From contig NW_021827989.1 in the NCBI RefSeq assembly GCF_006345805.1, positions 1 through 8,899 of the forward strand: DNA of 8,899 nt, read 5' to 3'. Of this stretch, positions 1 through 8,720 are shown piece by piece. Under the pieces are notes generated by a model, which had not been told where the DNA came from, made no database searches, and saw only the letters and a list, made by a program, of their open reading frames with translations. The position numbers and the translations under genes are program-made. The stretch comes from Octopus sinensis. Lineage: Eukaryota. Within the stretch, counting starts at the first letter, position 1. The number at the start of each line of letters is the position of its first letter.

Positions 1-392
1 TACTACCCACAAGGGGCTAAACACAGAGGGGACAAACAAGGACAGACAAACGGATCAAGTCGATTACATTGACCCCAGTGCGTAACTGGTACTTATTTAA
101 TCAACCCCGAAAGGATGAAAGCAAAGTCGACCTCGGCGGAATTTGAACTCAGAACGTACCTATTTCTTTACTACCCACAAGAGGCTAAACACAGAGGAGA
201 CAAACAAGGACAGACAGACGGATTAAGTCAATTATATCGACCCCAGTGTGTAACTGGTACTTTATTTATCGACCCTGAGAGGATAAAAGCAAAGTCGACC
301 TCGGCGGAATTTGGACTCAGAACGTAACGACAGGCGAAATACGGCTACGCATTTCGCCCGACGTGCTAACGTTTCTGCCAGCTCGCCGCCTT
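1..392 (-). mobile_element. tRNA-derived SINE (Octopus-type) with a tandem duplication of its body; truncated by the window edge
   Basis: The minus strand begins AAGGCGGCGAGCTGGCAGAAACGTTAGCAC (A-box-like TGGCAGAAACG). B-box-like GAGTCCAAATTCC lies at 306-318 and GAGTTCAAATTCC at 138-150. Bases 1-158 are repeated at 169-326 (period 168). The family assignment is from recall of abundant Octopus SINEs. Confidence 0.85.
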
Positions 393-991
393 TTTTAGGA
401 GAGACTAATATGTTTGACACTTGGGAATTATAACGCAGTCGTCTCAAATATTTCTGTGTCAGTTCTTTAACACGGTACAGCTACTGTATATAGAGTAGGG
501 GTAATTTCTATACGAGACACATTTATACGAGACCTTAACAATATATCGGGTAATGACGCATCGTTAAATTGTCATACAGCTAATATAGAAACGATGTGAG
601 GACGATTGGCCAGATGGATATCGAAATTATTTAGAATAAAAAAGAAAGAAACCACATTGGGAATTTGGTAAGACATTTGTTCTCAGTTACGGAAATAATT
701 GCTCCTAGCTTTTGGCTTATAGAAAATTGTAAAATCTATGGAATACTGAACTACGGCTTGTGGGTTATAAATTTTAAAACTCTATTCTCTGGATTGGAAT
801 AAGAAAATATAAGCATCTAGAAAGACTTGCACAAACTATAGAACTGAAAGTAGTGAAAATCTCCGTCACAAGCTTTAGTGTTAGTGCATATTTTCAGAAG
901 TTTTATGATTTAACAAGGAGTCTCTACATGGTACCGGACCTGCTAGAAATAGCAGCCAAATTTTTATATCACCTCCTGCTGTGTTTAAAAA

Positions 992-1194
992 TTTCCAAGA
1001 CATTTGTTTGTGCAGTTTTGGAGACCTAGAAGCCTAGATCTCACTCCATTGCGGTCTACAGGACTGGAATCGCAGAGATTGAGCATTTAAAGAGAAAAAT
1101 CGAAGAAAATCTGATGAAAACTCGAGCCACAACGTTCTTGAAGGATTCAGACAGGTTGAGTCAAAAGGCCCTTTCGCATTTTGTTACTGTTTAA
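992..1194 (+). pseudogene. Degenerate Tc1/mariner-type transposase C-terminal fragment
   Basis: 1019-1051 translates WRPRSLDLTPL (cf. the Tc1/mariner WPPRSPDLTPL motif). After a frameshift/deletion, 1054-1194 reads VYRTGIAEIEHLKRKIEE...SHFVTV*. Confidence 0.65.
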
Positions 1195-1337
1195 TCCAGC
1201 AACGAACAAATGTACCAAGAAAAGAAACGTACGTTATTTTAGATAAAGAGTTAATGGTATTGTATTTAATATAAGATTCACACTATCTATACCATTCACA
1301 ATGAATAATCAATATCTTTCTTCATTTACTAAAACCA

Positions 1338-1545
1338 AATCCTTCAAAAACGTTGTGGTTCGAATTTTCATCCAGTGTTCTTCAATTCTTAGCTTTAAAT
1401 AAATGCTCAATGTCTGCAATTCCAGTTCTGTAGAACTCATGACAAAGATAGTCATAAAAGAAAAAAAACCCAATAGAGAGTAAGAACAAGGCTTTTTGGT
1501 ATTTAAAAGTTCAGTCCATCTCTACCCAAACAAATATCTTGGAAA
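1338..1545 (-). pseudogene. Second degenerate copy of the same Tc1/mariner transposase fragment, inverted
   Basis: The reverse complement aligns with 992-1147 (AATCCTTCAAAAACGTTGTGGTTCG vs CGAGCCACAACGTTCTTGAAGGATT; CAAACAAATATCTTGGAAA vs TTTCCAAGACATTTGTTTG). Broken translation: FPRY..GRDGLNF*IPKSLVLT..GFF..YDYLCHEFYRTGIADIEHL. Confidence 0.65.
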
Positions 1546-1689
1546 CTATGTATGACTATTTTCAGATAACTCCTGAACTATTGACAAATGAAAACTTTTA
1601 ATGCCGCCTGAATTGAGATACTTCTCAATAGAGAGTAACCGTTATAAATAGTTTTACTTTTATATAGTTTCACTTTAATAAATTTCACT

Positions 1690-1826
1690 ATGTATATACT
1701 ACCACCATGTATATATATATATATATATATATATACGTGCATGTGTATATATATATATATATATATATGTATCTATATAGGTATATATATACATGTATAT
1801 GTATATATATATGTACATATATTGTA

Positions 1827-1883
<57 letters not shown>

Positions 1884-1910
1884 GTATATATATATATGTA
1901 TGTATATACT
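1690..1910. repeat. (TA)n / (TATG)n compound microsatellite
   Basis: Directly visible dinucleotide tract. Confidence 0.95.
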
Positions 1911-1939
1911 ATTATTAAAAAGCAGCGAAAATATCACGA

Positions 1940-1983
1940 AAACTGTTACTCAGAGTTTCACGTTCCCGTTCGTCGGACAGTTT
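1940..1983 (-). ncRNA. Minimal type I hammerhead ribozyme motif (U4C core variant)
   Basis: Minus strand: AAACUGU (stem I) - CCGACGA (core; consensus CUGANGA) - ACG GGAA CGU (stem II with GNRA loop) - GAAA - CUC U GAG (stem III) - UA^ - ACAGUUU (stem I, 7 bp). Predicted cleavage is after GUA, between 1947 and 1946. Confidence 0.75.
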
Positions 1984-2329
1984 CGTTTAGAGATGGAGCA
2001 AAAATAAGGTAATAAGCAAACATATACAATTAGTTTCATAGATACACATTAGAAAATGGTTTTGCTTCATTGGTCCTTTCAACTAACGGTCTTTACAATG
2101 ACAGGTTGCATGCAATGAACAAAATTCGGTATAAAATCATCTTATTATAAAATCGAAGGAAACCTTAAATCAAAAATAGCTTATAAAGAAGGACAGAGTC
2201 CCTATAAAGAAGGACAGTGTAAATAATTATTTGTAAAATATTAATCAATTGATACATTAAAAGTTATATCCGTTTAAAAACAATTGCACGTTGGATTACA
2301 TATACAATTTAGAGTATATGCACATACCA

Positions 2330-2724
2330 AACCATCTATAATATACATATATACACTAAAACATATACATGCATGTACATAGCTACATACATATACAGAC
2401 GTATATAGGCAAGACATAAGAATATACACAAATGCATATCTATACATATAATATATATATATGTACATATATATATATATATATGCATATTGTATATATG
2501 TATATACATATATAGTATATATAGTATATATATATATGTATATATAGTTGTCTGTATATGTATATTATATATGTATATATATATATATATGCATATTGTA
2601 TATATGTATATATATATATATGCATATTGTATATATGAATATATATATGTATATATATATATGCATATTGTATATATGTATATACATATATATTAACATA
2701 TGTATATATAGTTGTCTGTATATG

Positions 2725-2759
<35 letters not shown>

Positions 2760-2772
2760 GTATATATGTATA
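2330..2772. repeat. (TA)n-rich microsatellite with higher-order repeat units
   Basis: TA tract containing GCATATTGTATATATG at 2485, 2591, 2622 and 2663, and GTTGTCTGTATATG at 2547 and 2711. Confidence 0.9.
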
Positions 2773-3066
2773 CAGCTCTTCAATGACTTCCCACAAAAAT
2801 TAAGAAATTTGCATAAGGTGGAAGTAAATGTCTTCAAAAAGGAGAGAGACATCCTCCTCTTCACAATACCGGATTAACCAACACCCTGACATGAGGTACA
2901 GACGAGGGCAGTGGAATCAATCTCCCTTATACACCAAATGTACCAATAGCTGGGACAAAGACACATACAAGAATGGTGACGCGAAACACCCAGACTGAGG
3001 AAGTCAGAGACCATGGTGTTGCTCCAGCATGACCATGGCCGCGTGGCTGAAACGAGTAAAAGAGTA
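2773..3066 (+). mobile_element. 5'-truncated CR1/L2-group LINE 3' end (ORF2 C-terminus plus 3' tail)
   Basis: Translates [50 protein letters not shown]. This matches the FNxLPxxLR...FKxxLDxxL..PDEP pattern of CR1/L2-group ORF2 C-termini. It ends GCTCCAGCAT...TGAAACGAGTAAAAGAGTA next to (TA)n. Confidence 0.75.
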
Positions 3067-3136
3067 TATATATATATATATTCCATCAAAAAATGTGGCA
3101 GCATATTAAAATAATTTTACGGTTCAAATTATAAAC

Positions 3137-3482
3137 AACTTATAAATAAGGGCTAAACAAAATTATTTCAATGCCAATATGCTGATAACAGACTTTTAAA
3201 TCGTCAATTTCCACATATTTACTCGCTACAGAAAAAAACACGAAGAACTGAAATCGGGTTTCTAGAGAAGAGGAAAGAATCTATTATGAGATTAATTCCG
3301 AAATTGATTCAATATAGAAATAACGAACTTTTAAAAAAAATTCTATCGGCCGGCTTTCCCCGAATTCAGTTCTTCGTGTTTTTTTCTGTAGCGAGTAAAT
3401 AATATGTGGAAATTGACGATTTAAAAGTCTGTTATCAGCATATTGGCATTGAAATAATTTTTTTAGCCCTTATTTATAAGTT
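3137..3482. mobile_element. Fold-back element: ~122 bp near-perfect inverted arms around a 100 bp spacer
   Basis: The left arm 3137-3258 (AACTTATAAATAAGGGCTAA...CGAAGAACTGAAATCGGG) is the reverse complement of the right arm 3359-3482, with only a few differences. Confidence 0.9.
3280..3318 (+). ncRNA. Degenerate hammerhead ribozyme motif in the fold-back spacer
   Basis: UCUA (stem I) - UUAUGA (damaged CUGAUGA) - GAUUAAUUCC (weak stem II) - GAAA - UUGA U UCAA (stem III) - UA - UAGA (stem I). The topology is the same as at 1940-1983. Confidence 0.5.
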
Positions 3483-3581
3483 ATATATATATATATGTAT
3501 GTATATATATATATATATATATAGATGTATATATATATATATATTATGCATTCATATATATATATATATATTATATATATA

Positions 3582-3612
<31 letters not shown>

Positions 3613-3614
3613 AT
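3483..3614. repeat. (TA)n microsatellite
   Basis: Directly visible. Confidence 0.95.
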
Positions 3615-3615
3615 C

Positions 3616-3900
3616 CTATAGCCTCAGGCTGACAAAAGCCTTGTGAGTGGATTTCGTAGACAGAAACTGAAAGAAGACTGTTGAACCTGTGTTAATTGTG
3701 GGTGTGTGTTTGTACCCCCACCATCGCTTGACAACTGATGTTGCTGCGTTTACGTCTCCGTAACCTAGTGGTTCGGGAAAATACACCGATAAAATAAGTA
3801 ATAGCCTTACAAAGAAGAAATCCTGAGAACGAGTTGTTCGACTAAAGGCGGTGCTCCAGCATAGCTGCAATCACATAAATGAAACAAGTAAAAACAATAA
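3616..3900 (+). mobile_element. 5'-truncated SINE body and tail (second Octopus-type family)
   Basis: CTATAGCCTCAGGCTGACAAAAGCCTTGTGAGTGGATTT...GGCGGTGCTCCAGCAT...TGAAACAAGTAAAA is recalled as an abundant Octopus SINE body. No tRNA head is present. The tail is shared with the LINE fragment at 3021-3061. Confidence 0.75.
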
Positions 3901-3918
3901 AAACTATGCCACTTTAAT

Positions 3919-3947
3919 ACCGAGCAACGCCGGTTATGTCTGCTAGT
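3919..3947 (+). mobile_element. Helitron-like 3' terminus
   Basis: GC-rich hairpin ACCGAGC-AAC-GCCGGT (3919-3934), then 8 nt, then CTAG (3943-3946) followed by T. This is the canonical Helitron 3' signature (hairpin + CTRR|T). Confidence 0.6.
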
Positions 3948-4154
3948 TTTTGTTTGATAAAAATTAATGAATATTTCACGTGTTCTCTTTTTTTAATAAA
4001 TGTATGCCTACTTTTGCACCTCCCTGTATTATATATATATATAATATATAATATATATATATATACATATAAGAGATAATGTTGTCATTGAGACCCAAAG
4101 GTGTCAGGTAATGCTGAATAGGTGCTATAGACAGAACTTAACTATGGTCTGTCT

Positions 4155-4193
4155 ACACACACACACACACACACATACACACACACACACACA
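4155..4193. repeat. (CA)n microsatellite
   Basis: Directly visible. Confidence 0.95.
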
Positions 4194-4393
4194 TATTATT
4201 GTGTTTCGGGAGTCATTCTCTTTTACCGCCTTATTAATGCAACACACTCACCGGCGGTCTGTTTTCCATTCATTTACTTATTTATATACCAAATATAAAT
4301 AAATAAGTAAATGAGTGCAAATCAGACCGGCGAGTGTGTTAAATTAATAAGGTACTATAAGAGAATGACTCTCCCCAGACACAATAAAATATG
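4192..4393. mobile_element. Fold-back element: ~95 bp diverged inverted arms with almost no spacer
   Basis: TTATTGTGTTTCGGGAGTCATTCTCTT...CATTTACTTATTT pairs with AAATAAGTAAATG...AAGAGAATGACTCTCCCCAGACACAATAA. Confidence 0.85.
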
Positions 4394-4445
4394 CTTCAAC
4401 ACACGCGAATTCACTAAATAATCTTGCAAACCACAATACAAAACG

Positions 4446-4446
<1 letters not shown>

Positions 4447-4479
<33 letters not shown>

Positions 4480-4500
4480 ATATATATATATATATAAATA

Positions 4501-4558
<58 letters not shown>

Positions 4559-4560
4559 TT
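4447..4560. repeat. (TA)n-(TG)n-(TA)n microsatellite
   Basis: Directly visible. Confidence 0.95.
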
Positions 4561-4638
4561 GTATATCAAACCCAAGCTGTTATATTCTAACTTGTTTATT
4601 CGCATAATTGCCCCTCTACATACATACATACATACATA

Positions 4639-4935
4639 AAGCACCTGCATTGTTAGAAATAGGAGTCAAAACAACTCTTAGCTTCATGGGAGCACTTTGC
4701 TAAAGGCTGACAAGGGAGACAGGCACACTTCCTACGACAAGTGAGATGGAGTCATATCAACGCTAATTTCAGATTTAATAAATCTTCATCAGTGATCCAT
4801 TAATCCGTCGCCGAAGGTTAATGAATTTAAGTCACCTTGTCAGCCTTATATAGAACACCATTGTCAGCCGTTAAAAAAGTGTTCTCACTTAGCTAAGAGT
4901 TGTTTTGACTCTCATTTCTAGCAATGCTGGTGCTT
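4639..4935. repeat. Inverted repeat (~75 bp arms) enclosing a hammerhead ribozyme; probable 3' terminal structure of the adjacent Penelope-like element
   Basis: 4639-4713 (AAGCACCTGCATTGTTAGAAATAGGAGTCAAAACAACTCTTAGCT...GGCTGACAA) pairs with 4861-4935 (TTGTCAGCC...AGCTAAGAGTTGTTTTGACTCTCATTTCTAGCAATGCTGGTGCTT). A second partner for the inner end, GTCACCTTGTCAGCCTT, lies at 4831-4847. Confidence 0.9.
4746..4800 (-). ncRNA. Type I hammerhead ribozyme with intact catalytic core
   Basis: Minus strand: AUGGAUCA (stem I) - CUGAUGA - AGAUUU AUU AAAUCU (stem II) - GAAA - UUAG CG UUGA (near-palindromic stem III with G-U pairs) - UA^ - UGACUCCAU (stem I, one bulged C). Predicted cleavage is between 4755 and 4754. 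Confidence 0.85.
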
Positions 4936-5114
4936 ACTAACGCCATACCTCACTTTAATGACAAGTGTACTTGCTGCCTATCGATTCTAAATTGCGAATA
5001 TTCACCTTAATGATTTATAATTCTCACTTCACCATTTTCGGAATCAGTCGAGGTTTCCTATGGTAATCCTATGGTAATCTCTACAGAGGAAATTGTTTTT
5101 AGTAGCGGTATTGG

Positions 5115-6080
5115 CTATTTCCGGTTTAATTTCAGATTTAATTTCGGATTTAGAATTCTTCTAAAGCCTTCATTTTATTCGCTGATAGTTGATAATTTTC
5201 TACCTTTAGTTTTTAAACAGGAAATATTTTGAATTGTTGCACTTGCACAAATGACTAAATATTCGCTGCTGAGAACAATTCTGTCAGATGACTGTTTGAT
5301 TTGTTGATTATGTCCCCCACCAGTCACACATAGAGTAACAGTTAGACAATGTTTTGCTGATAAGGTCCAATAAGACAGAAAAAAATATCTGGAATTATTA
5401 TTGTAATGCCAAAGATAGGACTTATTCTTCACTGCATTTTATATTTAATTTATTTTAATTGATCGCATTTCTGACTTTTGTTTTATAGAATTAATTATTT
5501 AGACAATGAAGTGTTTTCTTTAATTTCAAGAAAGCACAATTTCTTAAATCTCACCACATCCAGTTTGTTTGCGCTCACTATGAACCTGTTACCTATACTG
5601 AATAATATAATGATAAATACACGTATAGCAATCTGCGTATGTATGACTATATTAAACATTGGTTCTTATTTCTCTTTTAAAGAAGGTAGAATCAGATTGG
5701 TGGGAGAGTCAGCTACCTCATATTACCTGTCCATTTACTTGTCCAAAGCATTTTCGCAAGTTTGTCCTAACCATCCGTGCATCTTTTCTGACTTTTAGTT
5801 AATCCTTGTTTCATGCGTTCTGAGTAATATAAAACTTTATTTTCGTAAGTCCCAAGTTATTCGGGTGGTTGAAAAAAACTGGGAATGAGCATTGTATATG
5901 ATGCATGGAGACTTAGAAGATATGTTCTCTGTATCACATGCAGTAGATAGGACAGGCAAGGCGGTAAACATTCCATGCTTAATATGTAATTTAGTTCTTG
6001 GTAAATGCTTATCGATAAACTTCGATGTTTACTGAAAAAATTGCATAAAGAAGGTACTCAAAGTTTCGTTAGGTACCAAT
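5115..6080 (-). pseudogene. Decayed Penelope-like retroelement ORF remnant (RT C-terminal/linker region plus GIY-YIG endonuclease)
   Basis: Colinear minus-strand peptide remnants: FIDKHLP..IKHGMFTA; LIP..ST..PNN; ENKVLYYSERMKQ (SERMK at 5809-5823); PIFGIT..LIG; HNQQIKQSSDRIVLSSEYLVICA (HNQQIKQ at 5292-5312); EGFRRILNPKLN (ILNPKLN at 5136-5156). These resemble the PLE GIY-YIG pattern IY.IT..YIG..H.QQI...SEH...C..E..FI....P.LN. There are multiple stops and frameshifts, and the match was judged by eye. Confidence 0.6.
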
Positions 6081-6088
6081 AACTCTGT

Positions 6089-6089
<1 letters not shown>

Positions 6090-6124
<35 letters not shown>

Positions 6125-6125
6125 G

Positions 6126-6156
<31 letters not shown>

Positions 6157-6183
6157 GCTATCTATCTATCTATCTGTCTATCA
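6090..6183. repeat. (TATC)n / GATA microsatellite
   Basis: Directly visible. Confidence 0.95.
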
Positions 6184-6279
6184 ATTTCATGCACTTCCTT
6201 TATTCGCTATTATGACTGTTGTGAACGATTATTGGAATAACTGGAATAACGTTGCAACAGCCATTACTGCCAGGACACA

Positions 6280-6453
6280 TGCCCATACAGAGACACATAC
6301 ATATATGCATACACATATACATACATCGATTCATACATACACACATATGTATACATATGCTAACTGACACAAATAACCACCACGCCTGTATACATACACA
6401 CTTCCATCCACCCAACCATCCATCCATCTATCCATCCATATATATATATATAT

Positions 6454-6488
<35 letters not shown>

Positions 6489-6900
6489 AATAAACATATA
6501 TATATATATATGTTACATGCATAAATATATTTTTTACATATGTATGTTCTATACATGTACATACACATATATATGGCGAGAAAATCTTCAAGTGTCATAA
6601 ATATTTCTCTTTGAATATGTGTTAAGTATATATGTGGCTGCACGATGTGTGTCGTGGTTACGTGTGTATGAGTGTGTTTCTGTGTGTTTGTCACCATGTG
6701 TATGTATGTTTATAAATATCTTTGGTAGCGGATATATATATATATATATACAAGCATAACATACATATACATACACACACACATATATATATATAATATG
6801 TATGTATGTATGTATACAGGTATGCGTATATCTGCATCTCTCTCTCTCTATATATATCTATTATATTATATATATATATATATATATGTATATAATATAA
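6280..6900. repeat. Compound (CATA)n/(CATC)n/(TA)n/(TG)n low-complexity region
   Basis: Directly visible mixed simple repeats. Confidence 0.85.
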
Positions 6901-6971
6901 TTGTAGTTCTCTGTAGTGTTGATTATATTGGACGTATTGTTGTTGTTGTTATTATTATCGACAGTATTGGG

Positions 6972-7031
6972 AGAAAAGAAAGAAGCAAAGAAAAAAGGAA
7001 AGAAAGAAAGGAAGGAAGAAGGAAAGAAAGA
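6972..7031. repeat. (GAAA/GGAA)n purine tract
   Basis: Directly visible. Confidence 0.85.
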
Positions 7032-7799
7032 GTGTCACGGACACGGTATGGTTTTTAACACTTCTAATACAATTTTTAAAGCAATTTTATACATTTTGTT
7101 TTTATTTCTTTTCATGAAAAATGAATGAATAAACATAACGAAATATAATGAAAAATAGAAGGAAATCGAAGGAGAGAATGAAATGAAAGAACAAAACAAG
7201 AAAATTAAAATATAAATAAAAACATAAACTGTAAAATTAAAGAAGACGTGAAGACAAGAGACATGAATCACTTAATAATAAACGAGCGTTGAATTAATTT
7301 TGAAACAAAGTTCAACAATATCACATTCAAAAATGGCTGCTCTCAAGAGTAAAATACAAAAGACAAAAACGCAAAAACAACTGCAAAACAGCTAAAACAA
7401 AAATAACAAAATGTCGTTTTTAGAATGATATAAACATCAAACTATGCTAGATGTAACTGGACTAAATTAATGGACATTATTTCATCTGAAATTTATTGCT
7501 ATTTGAAACACAGAGTAAGATTTTTCAAAAATCTTTTAGAATAGAGAGAAATAAATGAATAATTGCCTTTAATTTCATAATTTGTTTCATTTTTGAATTT
7601 TATATTATTGTATATTTATACTTCGCTATATTTTTGCTGTTGTTCTTTTCCATTTTTTTTGTTTCCTGCCTGTTATATATGTCATTATATCTTATTATGT
7701 GACATTATATTCTATAAATTTTGGTAATTTGAAATTATAAGTTTTCTTCTATTAACTTCTTTCTCTCTTTAGCTCCTTTATTATTATTAACCTTATTAT

Positions 7800-7810
7800 T
7801 ATCGTCATCG

Positions 7811-7870
<60 letters not shown>

Positions 7871-7893
7871 CATCATCATCATCATCATCATCA
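7800..7893. repeat. (ATC)n trinucleotide microsatellite
   Basis: Directly visible; it produces the poly-D/poly-M artefact in ORF 7752-8021. Confidence 0.95.
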
Positions 7894-7939
7894 TTATTTC
7901 CATTATTACTACTGAATATTTTTCGCATATTTTCCGATG

Positions 7940-8165
7940 AGTGTTGTGTATCCGTGTGTATGCGTGTATGTTTGTATGTATGAATGTATGTATGTACGTA
8001 TGTATGCATGCATGTACACATGTATGTATGTATATATATATATATATTTATACATACATATGAGTGTACTTATTTACATATATAAATACTTCTATATTTG
8101 GGTATATATATACATATATATATATTTATATATATATGCATACACACACACATACACACACACAT

Positions 8166-8200
<35 letters not shown>

Positions 8201-8720
8201 CAAGTATGTATATATATATATGTCTTTACCATATATATATATACATGTAAGATGCTTTGATTTCCTGTCAAGCATGTTTTTTATGTCACCACATAACTAG
8301 CTTTTTTTTTATTTTAACGCAAGATTTAATAGGGAAGATTGAAGTATATACATTACGGATACATGTATATATATACATATTCACACACACACACACACAC
8401 GCACACATATATATATATATATATGTTCATGAAATATGTATAAAAATATATACATACACATGCATTTGAATATATACATACACACACATATGCAAGTGCG
8501 TGTGTATGCCGGTATGTGTACATACATACATACGTATATATGCGTATGTATATGTGTGTTTATGCCTGTAAGTATACATGTATATATATGTGCGCATATC
8601 TGTACCTGCACCGATGTATGCATGAATGTATGTTTGAATGTGTGTATGTGTCAACACTTGTATGCTGTATCTGTGTATGTGTGCGTGCGTGCGCCTTTTG
8701 TGTATATGCACGTGTACATA
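7940..8720. repeat. Compound (TATG)n/(TA)n/(CA)n/(TG)n low-complexity region
   Basis: Directly visible mixed simple repeats with short unique interruptions. Confidence 0.85.

Noticed and set aside
115-447. ORFs 115-327 (+) and 262-447 (-)
   Set aside because: They lie mostly within the SINE; the repeated KAKSTSAEF simply reflects the duplication.
509-533. TATACGAGAC direct repeat, possible transposon subterminal motif
   Set aside because: No matching opposite terminus is present in the window.
940-955. CTGCTA-GAAA-TAGCAG GNRA hairpin
   Set aside because: An isolated 6 bp stem, probably part of a dispersed repeat fragment, with no wider structure.
1111-1117. CTGATGA hammerhead core heptamer
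   Set aside because: No stem II/GAAA/stem III follows, and it lies inside the transposase remnant.
2182-2217. TATAAAGAAGGACAG direct repeat (2 copies)
   Set aside because: A simple local duplication; not CRISPR-like and too short to interpret.
4128-4155. TAGACAGA/TCTGTCTA 8 bp hairpin
   Set aside because: Short, with no supporting motif.
5478-5798. 106 aa plus-strand ORF
   Set aside because: It has a non-ATG start, no recognisable motif, and is antisense to the PLE remnant.
6055-6085. Half-hammerhead on the minus strand (GA-GUUA..UAAC-GAAA-CUUUGAG-UA), 12/13 identical to part of the 1940-1983 motif
   Set aside because: It has no CUGA core or 5' stem I, and the same bases read plausibly as PLE coding remnant. 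It is ambiguous and not called.
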